Shown one piece after another: positions 17,504 through 27,900 of a stretch of DNA of 64,000 nt. Within the stretch, counting starts at the first letter, position 1, and every line of letters starts with the position of its first letter. Position numbers and translations under genes: made by a program. The notes under the pieces are model-generated. The model made no database searches, was not told where the DNA came from, and saw nothing but the letters and a program-made list of their open reading frames with translations. Origin of the DNA: Spirochaetota bacterium (lineage in GTDB: Bacteria; Spirochaetota; UBA4802; UB4802); contig JAOAIH010000002.1 of the NCBI GenBank assembly GCA_026414805.1, forward strand, positions 7,156-71,155. The letters are read 5' to 3'.

Positions 17504-20065
17504 TTACTCAATAAGCCGCTTGAGGCGTGCAATTTCATTGAGCGCTTCAAGCGGTGTCAGGTTTTCTATATTTATGTCCTTTAGTGCCTGCACAAGGCGG
17601 TGATGAATAACCTGAAATATCTCCAATTGATCTTCATTATCAGGTGCTTTAGTCATTGCGTCAATTCGCGAAGACTTTTCCAATTTTTCCAGGATTTTGT
17701 TAGCTTTAACAGTTACAGGTTTTGGAATGCCCGCAAGTGTTGCAACATGAATGCCATAGGATTTATCCGCTGCACCTGGAACAACTTTATGCAAAAACTC
17801 AACACCGTTTATTGATTCCTTTACCATCACGGTATAATTAACAATACCTTTCTTATTTATTTTTGTCAATTCGTGGTAATGTGTTGCAAACAGCGTTTTG
17901 GCTTTTATATAATTGGCAATATATTCAACCACTGCCCATGCAATTGCCATACCATCATAAGTACTGGTTCCACGGCCAATTTCATCCATTATTACTAAAC
18001 TTTTATCAGTAGCGTTGTTTAAAATTATTGCAGTTTCATTCATTTCTACAAGAAAAGTGGATTCGCCTCGGGCAATGTTATCCGAAGCGCCAATGCGTGT
18101 AAAAATCCTATCAACAATACACACATTTGCTGATTGTGCAGGGATAAATGAACCAATTTGAGCCATAAGCTGTATTATTGCAGCCATTCGTATATAGGTT
18201 GACTTCCCTGACATGTTTGGTCCAGTAATAATAGCTATAACATTGTTAGCTGTATCAAGAAAAATGTCATTAGGCACAAATGGTTCTTTTATATAAAATT
18301 TTTCTACAACCGGATGCCTGCCAGCTTTTATGTCAATAATTCCTTCATCATTTAACAATGGCCGTACATAATTATGCTGATGAGCTGCTGATGCAAGCGA
18401 GCAGAACATATCCAGTATTCCAATATTATATGCAAGTTCCTGAATTTGAAGTTTATTTTCTATTATGGTATTTACTATGCTATCTAATATTTCATTTTCA
18501 ATTTCGATAATTCTATCAGTTGACTGGAGCACATCAGTTTCAAATTTTTGCAAAGTCTGAGTGGTATATCGTTCAGCATTAATTAATGTTTGTTTTCTGA
18601 AATAATCTTGTGGGACTTTTGCTGTCTGACCTTTACTAACTTCAATATAATAGCCAATTACTTTATTATACCGCACTTTTAGCGTTGGTATATCTAAACG
18701 CTTTTTTTCTTCTTCCTGATAATTAAGCAGCCACTGCCTGGCATCGGTTTTTAATGTATAAAGTCTGTCCAATTCTGCATTGACACCTTCCTTGATGACA
18801 CGACCCTGTTCAGAGGAAAGCGGTGGATTTTCAACAATGGTGTTTTTAATTTTGTTCGATAGCTCATGTAATGAATCGCTTATAGTGCCAAGCATGTTGA
18901 ACAATTCATCAGGATGTTGCTGCAAAAGTACATATATCTGATATGCAGCTTCTATTGATTGCTGCAGGGCAATAAAATCCCTGTTGTAATGTTTTTTCAA
19001 TGAAAATCGTGATACCAGCCGTTCAATATCATGAATTTGAGATAGCCTATCTTGAATTTCTTTCAGAAGGGTTATGTTTTTTATTAGGTACGATATAATA
19101 TCGTATCGGCTTTCAATGGCAGATTTATCAACAAGAGGATACAAAAGAGCCCTTTCCAGTGTCCGTTTTCCCATTGCAGTGTGGGTATGATTAAGAACGC
19201 CAAAAAGGGAATGTTGTTTGGAACCATCCTGACTTTTCAATATTTCAAGATTATGGATGGTTTGATGGTCCAGAACCATAAATTCGGTTCTACTTACATT
19301 CTTTGGATATTTGAGATGAATCAAAGTACTTTTGTGCGTATCTTTTAAATAGTGAAGAAGTGAACCTACAGTTAAAATTGCAGCATGCGATAACCCCAAA
19401 CCTTTAATATTACTCAATCCATAAATGTTGCAAATAATATTTGTAAGGTATTCAACATCATAGTACCATTCATTGATGGATGCCAATGCAATATTCTGCT
19501 GTTGCAATAACTCCTTTAAAAATAAAATCTCCTGCTTAGGCCCATATAGCAACATTTCCTTTGGCGAAAATCGTGAAATTTCTGTTGCAATAAACTCACT
19601 GCTATAATCAGCAGATGAAAGAAAGAAATCACCTGTCGATACGTCTACAAATCCGGTACAGGCACTATTATTATGAATAACTACTGAACCAAGGAAAATA
19701 TTTTCATCTGAGGGTATAAGATTACTTTCAATCACAGTGCCAGGAGTAATAACTCTAATAACTTCACGTTTTACAATTGTACTAGAACCGGGTGGTTCCA
19801 TCTGTTCGCATATTGCAACTTTATATCCTGCTTTAATAAGTCGGGCAATGTAACTTTCTGCAGCATGATAGGGAACGCCACACATAGGGATGTCGTTTTG
19901 ACGAGAGGTCAGTGCAATGTCTAAAATTTTTGAAGCAATCTTAGCATCATCAAAGAACATTTCGTAAAAATCACCAAGCCTAAAAAAAAGAATCTCATCC
20001 TTATAATTCTGTTTAATTTCAAGATACTGCCGCATCATTGGAGTGAGTTCTTTATCATTGCCCAT
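17504..20065 (-). CDS. mutS: DNA mismatch repair protein MutS
   Basis: Conserved N-terminus ('TPMMRQYLEIKQNYKDEILFFRLGDFYEMFFDDA') and Walker A 'GPNMSGKSTYIRM'. Start assigned to ATG 20065 (MGNDKELTPMM...). In-frame alternative starts lie at 20083 (ATG) and 20101 (TTG). The stop is 1 bp from the convergent SPFH gene. Confidence 0.9.
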   Translation of the reverse strand: MGNDKELTPMMRQYLEIKQNYKDEILFFRLGDFYEMFFDDAKIASKILDIALTSRQNDIPMCGVPYHAAESYIARLIKAGYKVAICEQMEPPGSSTIVKREVIRVITPGTVIESNLIPSDENIFLGSVVIHNNSACTGFVDVSTGDFFLSSADYSSEFIATEISRFSPKEMLLYGPKQEILFLKELLQQQNIALASINEWYYDVEYLTNIICNIYGLSNIKGLGLSHAAILTVGSLLHYLKDTHKSTLIHLKYPKNVSRTEFMVLDHQTIHNLEILKSQDGSKQHSLFGVLNHTHTAMGKRTLERALLYPLVDKSAIESRYDIISYLIKNITLLKEIQDRLSQIHDIERLVSRFSLKKHYNRDFIALQQSIEAAYQIYVLLQQHPDELFNMLGTISDSLHELSNKIKNTIVENPPLSSEQGRVIKEGVNAELDRLYTLKTDARQWLLNYQEEEKKRLDIPTLKVRYNKVIGYYIEVSKGQTAKVPQDYFRKQTLINAERYTTQTLQKFETDVLQSTDRIIEIENEILDSIVNTIIENKLQIQELAYNIGILDMFCSLASAAHQHNYVRPLLNDEGIIDIKAGRHPVVEKFYIKEPFVPNDIFLDTANNVIAIITGPNMSGKSTYIRMAAIIQLMAQIGSFIPAQSANVCIVDRIFTRIGASDNIARGESTFLVEMNETAIILNNATDKSLVIMDEIGRGTSTYDGMAIAWAVVEYIANYIKAKTLFATHYHELTKINKKGIVNYTVMVKESINGVEFLHKVVPGAADKSYGIHVATLAGIPKPVTVKANKILEKLEKSSRIDAMTKAPDNEDQLEIFQVIHHRLVQALKDINIENLTPLEALNEIARLKRLIE

Positions 20066-21179
20066 AGATATACTGACTGCCATCCTGTTCAAAGATTTCA
20101 ATAATAAAACCGTTAATGCCCAATTCTTCAGCCAACTGTATTTTAATATTCATGCTTTCATCAAGAGTTGAAAAATGACCTGCATAAATTTCAAAAGATT
20201 TTGATTTTCGTACAATATGTACAGGCGTTGTATAGTTTATAATCAATTTTTGCAATTCTTTTGCTTTTTGTAAATTATACAAAGGACCAATGCTAATGGT
20301 GTAATACATCATTGCTTTTTGTGGAATTTCCTTTTCTTCAATATCTGGCTTAATGTCTATTACCATACTTTGTGCAACTATTTTTTCATCGGGAATAAAC
20401 GCAACTGATTTTGGATTATATTTTTTTAAATTTTGAATATTTATTAATGCCTTGGCAGCCTCGGGTGATTTAGGGTAGCGTGTAATTAGAAAATTATACG
20501 ATGAATATGCCTCATTGTACATGGTGTGGTGCTCATAATATTGCCCCAGTTGAAGCAATAATGTTGGGTATATGGCAGCATCAGAATATCCATGCAAAAG
20601 TTCGGCCAGCCCCTTTATATATTGACGTGCATATCCATACATGAGCCTCTCCATTTCGGTTTTAAGAAATAATCCGTATGCTAACGTATTGATTTCACGT
20701 GAGAGGTGAGGAATCTTTTCACAATCTACAGCACCATCATCATAGTGGCTGTGATTAAAATGAGCTATCGCCCGCAATTGTAAAAATATTGGGAGATAGT
20801 TACTGGCGCTACACTCCTTGATTGCCTGACTAGATGTTAATAATAGATTGCCCCAATCGCTTTTCATGTAATACAGCTGGCATAACGATAGATATGCTAC
20901 GTCACGCTTTTTGTAAAACCGATAGAAGCTTAAAATTTTTTGGTATTCAGAAATGCTTGCATCAGCAGTTGGAGCATACGCTGCAATAAGCATTCTGATA
21001 TCGGGAATAAATGTGCTATTGGGGTACTGATTAAAAAATTTTTTTGTAAGCTCATGTTTATTATTACTATTGATTTTGAAAGCTTTTTGTATTGCTTCAA
21101 AATCTGACTGCTCACTTGCAGCAGCCATGCTGGCATAGAGCAACACAATGAGAATTGTTTTATGCACTACGCTCAGCAT
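20055..21179 (-). CDS. secreted TPR-like protein with possible C-terminal SPOR-like domain
   Basis: Signal peptide (MLSVVHKTILIVLLYASMAAAS), a helical repeat-like middle region, and a C-terminal ~75 aa segment ('YYTISIGPLYNLQKAKEL...FEIYAGHFSTLDESMNIKIQLAEELGINGFII') resembling SPOR domains. Overlaps miaB by 20 bp and mutS by 11 bp. Confidence 0.4.
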   Translation of the reverse strand: MLSVVHKTILIVLLYASMAAASEQSDFEAIQKAFKINSNNKHELTKKFFNQYPNSTFIPDIRMLIAAYAPTADASISEYQKILSFYRFYKKRDVAYLSLCQLYYMKSDWGNLLLTSSQAIKECSASNYLPIFLQLRAIAHFNHSHYDDGAVDCEKIPHLSREINTLAYGLFLKTEMERLMYGYARQYIKGLAELLHGYSDAAIYPTLLLQLGQYYEHHTMYNEAYSSYNFLITRYPKSPEAAKALINIQNLKKYNPKSVAFIPDEKIVAQSMVIDIKPDIEEKEIPQKAMMYYTISIGPLYNLQKAKELQKLIINYTTPVHIVRKSKSFEIYAGHFSTLDESMNIKIQLAEELGINGFIIEIFEQDGSQYIYGQ

Positions 21180-22479
21180 AGAGCGTTGAACCTTTTAATG
21201 ATACGATAGTGACTGTATATTTTTTTCCAATATCTTCTTTGCCGCCTTTGATAATTACCGGATGATTGTAAATAGTTTTGCCCATAACTTCATTAACTGA
21301 CTTTTTGCTTATTCGCTCTACAATCATATCGGTTGTTGTGTTAAGATAATTGATGAGGCGTTTTCTGGAAACATCTCGTACCGTATGTATGAGCTGATCA
21401 AGCCTTTGTTGCTTAATGGTATCAGGCACTGTATCAGCTAATGAATATGCTTTAGTCCCCTCACGCGGTGAATACTTATAAGTAAAAGCCTCGTCAAACT
21501 GTATTGTCTGTACGGCAGTAAGTGTGGCTTCAAAATCTTTTTGGGTTTCACCGGGGAATCCCACTATAAGGTCAGTAGATATTGAGGCCATTGGCAGTAT
21601 AGTATGTATGGCTTCAATAATGTAATTATATTGCTTCATTGTATACTGTCGATTCATTGCTTGCAAAATGCTGTCCGAACCACTTTGTAAAGGTAGGTGA
21701 ATGCTTTGCGCAATAACAGGATTATCCCTTATAACATATAAAATATTTTTGTTAAAATCTTTAGGATGTGAAGTAATAAAATTCAACTTGTATAAACCCG
21801 GCAATGCAGCAACAATTTCAAGAAGCTTGTAAAAAGGGATATCGTCTAAATCCTGACCATACTGGTTGACATTTTGACCTAAAAGAGTGATTTCGGTAAT
21901 ACCATTATCTATCAAAAGTTTACAGTATTCAATAATCTGCTGTGAAGGGAATGAAATGAGTTTACCTCGGACATAGGGCACAATACAGTAGGCACAGTAA
22001 TTATCACAACCATGCGATATAGTAACCCATTTATGCCATGGCAATTCGTCTTTATGGGTAACCAGTGAAGGATGTATTCGCGATACAAAATCGTTTATAT
22101 CTTGTGAGGTGTACTCACATACATTTTGATTATGTATGTAATTTTTTATTATTGAGCCAATAGCAGGAGAATGGTAAGGGCCAACAACAAGATCCACACC
22201 ATATTGTGTGCGTAATTGTTGTTTCAAGCGCTGAGCCATACACCCGGCAACTACCAGAATGGATTGCTTGTATGTATTCCGTGCCTCAACAATATGAGAT
22301 AGAGCTCTGTCTTCAGCATGTTTTCGCACTGAACAGGTGTTGAAAATGATTATATCCCATGAGCTATCGCTTTTTATAAATCCTTCTTGTTGTAGCGACA
22401 CCTCCATAAGTTCGGAGTCACTCTTGTTCATCTGGCAGCCAAATGTGATAATTGTAAATGTTTGAGGATTTTTCTTCAT
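21160..22479 (-). CDS. miaB: radical-SAM methylthiotransferase (MiaB family; tRNA-i6A37 methylthiotransferase)
   Basis: MTTase N-terminal domain ('FTIITFGCQMNKSDSE...NTCSVR'), radical SAM cluster 'ISHGCDNYCAYCIVP', and a C-terminal TRAM domain. 439 aa. Confidence 0.8.
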   Translation of the reverse strand: MKKNPQTFTIITFGCQMNKSDSELMEVSLQQEGFIKSDSSWDIIIFNTCSVRKHAEDRALSHIVEARNTYKQSILVVAGCMAQRLKQQLRTQYGVDLVVGPYHSPAIGSIIKNYIHNQNVCEYTSQDINDFVSRIHPSLVTHKDELPWHKWVTISHGCDNYCAYCIVPYVRGKLISFPSQQIIEYCKLLIDNGITEITLLGQNVNQYGQDLDDIPFYKLLEIVAALPGLYKLNFITSHPKDFNKNILYVIRDNPVIAQSIHLPLQSGSDSILQAMNRQYTMKQYNYIIEAIHTILPMASISTDLIVGFPGETQKDFEATLTAVQTIQFDEAFTYKYSPREGTKAYSLADTVPDTIKQQRLDQLIHTVRDVSRKRLINYLNTTTDMIVERISKKSVNEVMGKTIYNHPVIIKGGKEDIGKKYTVTIVSLKGSTLYAERSA

Positions 22480-22489
22480 ATTTTAAAAA

Positions 22490-23674
22490 CTAACTTTTGA
22501 CTATTACTTTGTTATTGTAAAGCTGTTTAATTGTATCATCATTATAGCCAATTGACATCAAAATTTCATCATTATTGTAACCTAACGGCACACCTGCAAA
22601 TGAGGCAATATATGTATCAGATGAAAACTTGATAGGATTTCCTATTTGTGAAAAAGTAGTCCCACTGTTTGATCGTATTGTTACAATCATATCGCGTTCA
22701 GAAAGTGGGGGATTATGAATTGCTTCTTCCAGTGTGCGTACGGGTTCCACACAGGCATCAATTTTTGAAAAAACAGTAATCCAATATGAAAGAGGTTGTG
22801 AAGCAATTATTGCTGCAATCTTTTTTTTATGGTTTTGTACACTTTCAGGTGAAAAATCCACATTTTGTAATATTTCGGTATATCCTATTGCTTCACAAAA
22901 TGTTTGAAAAAATTTTGGTTCAATTGGACCTACGGATAAAAAACGTCCATCAGAAGTTGCGTAATAGTCGTAAATTCCACCACCATTGAGCATCTGAGTT
23001 TCCGGCTTTGGCAGCGGTTCACCTTCTAGGTAAGCTCCCGTAGTAAATGCTGTCATTGCAAACACACCATCGGTGATTGATATGTCTATATAGTCGCCTT
23101 TACCTGTAGATTGGCGCTTAATATAGGCTGCAAGCACTGCAATAACCATATTTTTAGCACCACTTGCAATATCGGCAATCTGTATACCATGAAGGGCAGG
23201 GCCTGTATCTTTTTTGCCTGAGAATGAATCAACACCTGACAGTGCCATATAGTTTATATCATGTCCTGCACGTTGAGCATAGCTTCCTGTTTGGCCGTAA
23301 CCGGTGAGTGAACAATAAATTATTGAAGGGTTAATGTTTTTTAAATCGTTATATCCAAAACCTAATTTTTCAAGTACACCTGGCCTGAATTGCTCTATAA
23401 TGATATCATATTCTTTTACAAGTGAATAGATAATATCTTTTGATTCAGGTGATTTTAAATCAAGTGCCAGAGATTTTTTCCCACGGTTAATATGTGCATA
23501 GACGGCTGAAATCCCATTGACAAAAGGGGGCAGCATTCTAAGCATATCAGGATTATTGGGGTTTTCTACTTTTATAATATTGGCACCAAGGTCAGCAAGC
23601 ATCATAGTACCATAAGGACCTGGCAAAAGGTAAGTAAAATCAAGTATTTTAAGATTTTGCAGTGGCGGGGTCAT
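22490..23674 (-). CDS. family III CoA-transferase (CaiB/BaiF type)
   Basis: The N-terminus 'LQNLKILDFTYLLPGPYGTMMLADLGANIIKVENP' is the hallmark of CoA-transferase family III. 394 aa. Confidence 0.85.
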   Translation of the reverse strand: MTPPLQNLKILDFTYLLPGPYGTMMLADLGANIIKVENPNNPDMLRMLPPFVNGISAVYAHINRGKKSLALDLKSPESKDIIYSLVKEYDIIIEQFRPGVLEKLGFGYNDLKNINPSIIYCSLTGYGQTGSYAQRAGHDINYMALSGVDSFSGKKDTGPALHGIQIADIASGAKNMVIAVLAAYIKRQSTGKGDYIDISITDGVFAMTAFTTGAYLEGEPLPKPETQMLNGGGIYDYYATSDGRFLSVGPIEPKFFQTFCEAIGYTEILQNVDFSPESVQNHKKKIAAIIASQPLSYWITVFSKIDACVEPVRTLEEAIHNPPLSERDMIVTIRSNSGTTFSQIGNPIKFSSDTYIASFAGVPLGYNNDEILMSIGYNDDTIKQLYNNKVIVKS

Positions 23675-23905
23675 AGAATCCTCTTGGTAATAGTATAATG
23701 TAATGGTTACAATAGTTAATTGTGGTACGTCAAGTAAAAGTTGAGTTATATAATTTTTTTCAAAATATAAAACAATTTACATACCTAGCTTATAGAGCAT
23801 ATGCGACATAATAATATTTTGAATATATGTATAATAATAATTATATGTAAAAAAATACATTTATTGAAAAATGTTATATTTTTTCATTATTTTTTTGTTT
23901 TTTTA

Positions 23906-23935
23906 TTGACTTTTTTCGATAAAAAGTATTAATAT
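23906..23935 (+). promoter_or_regulatory. putative sigma70-type promoter (TTGACT-N18-TAATAT) for the surface-protein locus
   Basis: TTGACT at 23906..23911, an 18-nt spacer, then TAATAT at 23930..23935, in a 320-bp AT-rich divergent intergenic region. Same architecture as the thiDN candidate promoter. Confidence 0.3.
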
Positions 23936-23951
23936 ATAAGTGATTATTATG

Positions 23952-23991
23952 ACTGGACGGTTTTAATTATATTATTAATATCACTGGACGG
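23952..23991 (+). repeat. two copies of GC-rich 9-mer ACTGGACGG in direct orientation, 31 bp apart, in the 5' leader of the first locus gene
   Basis: ACTGGACGG at 23952..23960 and again at 23983..23991. This is the only GC-rich element in the intergenic region, and the second copy ends 3 nt before the ATG at 23995. Confidence 0.5.
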
Positions 23992-23994
23992 AAA

Positions 23995-24873
23995 ATGCAT
24001 TTTATAACTAAAAAATATCTTATATCCAGTGATTTCGTTATTATTTTTATAATAATGCCTTTCATAGTATGTTACCATTTACATTGTACTCCAGTATTAA
24101 AAGATTTTAGAGTGTATAAATTACACGGAGAAATATATATAGATAGCAATAAAGCCCAATTACATCAAACAGTAAATAATAACACAATAGAAACCAATTC
24201 TTCATCATATTGTGTAATAGGTAATGATACTACGTATATTTTTATAACTGGAAACAGCGCAATTGATTTTGACATTGATAATACAAAAAAAAGCATTAAT
24301 ATACAAATAAATAGAGGAAACATAATTTTAATATCCGATAAAATTATAAAAAATATAACCGTAACCACTCCAATATATGAATACAATGGCGATATAAAAA
24401 ATATTCAAATAATGACCAAAGATGATGCTTTGTTATTATGGAGTCTAGAAGCTAAGGGGACGCTGAAAAATACAAAGGATAATATAGTTAAATTTATTGA
24501 TAATAAACATCAATTTATTCAGGCCGATCAGGATGTTGTATATTTAGAAATGGATACAAACATTTATGATGAACTTAGAAACAACGCCGAAATATTTAAA
24601 AAGGGTTTAATGCACAACAATTTAGAAGAGAATTTTATGCATCAAAAACTTATCGCTTTGGGCAACAAAGATATAAAAGAAACAATTATGCTAGCACTTT
24701 TGGAAAAAAGGGAAGGTAAATTAAAAAAGGTTATAACAAAAAGTGGGAATGAATATATTGGAATAGCTGTTGCACGAGGTAAAATGTTAGAAATATTAAC
24801 TGTAAAAGGCAAAATAGTGATTCCACAATCAAATGTTAAGTATGTTTTATATTATTCGCCTTTTTTAGAGTGA
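23995..24873 (+). CDS. hypothetical membrane-anchored protein, first gene of surface-protein locus
   Basis: 292-aa ORF with an N-terminal TM helix (FVIIFIIMPFIVCYHL) followed by an Asn/Ile/Lys-rich extracytoplasmic region. No recognisable catalytic motif. Confidence 0.5.
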   Translation: MHFITKKYLISSDFVIIFIIMPFIVCYHLHCTPVLKDFRVYKLHGEIYIDSNKAQLHQTVNNNTIETNSSSYCVIGNDTTYIFITGNSAIDFDIDNTKKSINIQINRGNIILISDKIIKNITVTTPIYEYNGDIKNIQIMTKDDALLLWSLEAKGTLKNTKDNIVKFIDNKHQFIQADQDVVYLEMDTNIYDELRNNAEIFKKGLMHNNLEENFMHQKLIALGNKDIKETIMLALLEKREGKLKKVITKSGNEYIGIAVARGKMLEILTVKGKIVIPQSNVKYVLYYSPFLE

Positions 24874-24904
24874 TACTATCATAAGGTTATTGTATGAGGT
24901 TTCA

Positions 24905-27900
24905 ATGAACATAATAACAAAAAATACACACAATAGAACATTCACAAATAATAGATATATAACAATATTTTTCATTATTTTTATTGTATTTATTAATGGT
25001 TGTGTTGGAGGAGGTAATTCCGCAGATACCGAACCACCAGTTGTGATAAGTTTTACTCCGCACCGTGGTCAGACAGATGTGCCAATAAACACGCAAATAG
25101 TTGTTACATTCAGCAAAAGCGTTATTAATATAAATTCAAATACATTTTATATAGAAAAGTTGAGCGGTGGGAAAATAGCTGCCAGTATAATGTACAATGA
25201 TAGTACAAGAACTGCCGTATTGCAGTTGTTGGAAAATTTAGATTATAATTCGATATATTATGTTACCCTAACCAGTGAAATAAGAAGCCGTTCGGGGGTG
25301 GCTCTGATACCTGAAGCCTGGGCATTTATTACAGGAATTCAGGCTGATACGCAAAAACCAACAATTATTGAAAAAAGCCCTGCTTATGAATATTACGTTA
25401 ATTTAAGTACACCAATATATATTGTATTTAGTGAACCTGTCATCAATGTAAATTCAACTACTGTTTTTATTAAGAAAGGGAATGATATACTCCAGGCAAG
25501 TGTTGCTTATAATGAAACCACCAGAAAAGCAGAGATAACTCCATCACAACCGCTTGAGGAATGGACACGTTATACTATAGTTTTGACCGATAGTATAACT
25601 GATTTGTCAGGAAATTCGCTTGATGCGTATCAATATACCTTCCGTACTGATGACACAACCTATCCCTCTGTAATCAGCAAATACCCTGAGGGTGATGAAA
25701 TTCCTACTAATTCGCTGATCTCTGTCACATTCAGTGAATCGATTAAAAGTTATACTATAACAAATGTAAATAATTTTAAATTAGAAAAATGGACAGGTGC
25801 TACATGGGAAAATGTTGAGAGAATAATTACCTATAACGATAATACTAAAACAGCAATATGTTACTCTCAGAGTGGATTGGAACCCAATACAGAGTATAAA
25901 GTAACATTGAAAAAAGATATTCGCGATCAGGCACATAATCCATTAAATCAGGAAACCACTTGGCAATTTACCACTAAAAATGAACCGGATACCACACCTC
26001 CTCAGCTATCTTCAAAAGTTCCTAATGATAATCAAACAAATGTTCCAACTGATACAGTTATCACTATAACCTTCAATGAAAATGTTTTAGGGGTTGATTC
26101 TACATCGTTTGTGGTGAAGCGTGCTGATACTAATGAAGCAGTTCAGGGTACAGTTATATATAATCATAACATGTATCAGGCAACCTTTACGCCTGTATTT
26201 ACTCTTGCAGAGGGTGTTTGGTATAAAGTTGAATTGTCATCAAATATTCATGATACAGCAAATAATATGCTTGTGCCAGTGAGCTGGCAATTTAAAACTC
26301 AGGACACCACTAAGCCTGATATAACATATCGGTATCCATCAAACGGAATGGGAAATGTGGGAAATAATGTTAATATAGTTGTGACTTTTAGTGAAAGGGT
26401 TAATAATGTTTCTGTACAATCGTTTAAGATCCGCAATGAAACAACAGGACAATATATTGCAGGAAATGTGACCTATAATGATGCAACAAAAACTGCCACA
26501 TTTGATCCTGATGATCCATTGCCGTTTGAAACAACATTTACTGTTGTCCTCACAAACGATATAAAAGATGCAAGTGATAATAGTTTGAATTATACAGAAT
26601 GGTCATTTCAAACCGGTATTGAACCCGATACAACACCACCTTCAATTGTATCACGTTATCCATCTTCTGGACAAACAAATATACCCATATCATCCACTAT
26701 TCAAATACAATTCAGCGAACCTGTATCAGGAGTAGGTCCACAAACAATACAGTTAAAAAAAGGCGATCAAAATGGCATACCTATTCCTGTAATGGTAAAC
26801 TATGACTCGATATCCCAGCGAGTAAACATAACTCCACTCGGTAACCTGGAATATGAATCCCAATATACTGTTGTAGTAATAGGTGGCGATAGCTCCGACA
26901 TAAAGGACGTGGCTGGCAACAGATTTGCTTCAACTGTAAACTGGTCGTTTGCAACAACTGCTGATACTACATCACCGTATGTAACTTTTAAATCACCGGA
27001 ACAGGGGACTCCCGATATTCCTGGGAATGCTGTTGAAGTTCGAGTGCTTTTCAGCGAACAGGTAATGAATGTAAATACAAATACATTTAAATTACGAAGG
27101 GTTTCCGATAATACCGAGATATCCTGTAATGTAACGTATAGTTACAATCCTCAGAATAATATTGCACAAGCTGTTTTGACACCTCTTGCCAATATTACAG
27201 TGACTGGTACATATAGAGCAGAATTATCAAGCGCAATAACCGACATGTCTGTTGCACAAAATCCTTTACAGGCAGTACAATGGACATTTGAAATTACCGC
27301 AATTGATGAAACTGCACCAACGGTAGTGCTTAAATCTCCTGCTGCTGGGAATACCAACTGGAATAATAAAAAGGTTACCGTTATCTTTAGTGAAGATGTC
27401 AAAGGTGTAAGTGGTAGTTCATTTTTTATAAAAGATCAGTATAATACTACAATCCCTGCTACCGTCACTTATTATCCAGGTTTGCTTACTGCAGAATTAG
27501 AGGTTCTACAGGATCTTGAATATGAAAAAACCTTTACTGCATATTTAACCAATGCTATTAAGGATAAAGCAAATAATACACTATCACCAATATCATGGTC
27601 TTTTAGCACTCCACAGGATAGCATACCACCTTTTGTGTCAACTGTATATCCTCCAGATGGTACAACCGGATATCCGGTTAATGGTAGCATTTGGGCAAAA
27701 TTTTCTGAACCAATTCAAGGATATAGCAGTTCATCATTTTATCTAGATCCCCCTGTAAGTGCCACAATAGTGTATGATGAGCAAACAAAAACCCTGACTT
27801 TGATTCCTCAGTCCAACATGCAGGGTCAAACACAGTATACAGTACGTATTACCACAGCTATAAAAGACAGAGCTAATATTCCCAATTCGCTGCTTAACGA

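Noticed and set aside
24890-24904. TTG start at 24890 for the first giant gene (MYEVS... in ORF track)
   Set aside because: In-frame ATG at 24905 is preceded by a GAGGT Shine-Dalgarno at the right spacing, and the signal peptide begins there. The upstream extension adds only 5 codons.
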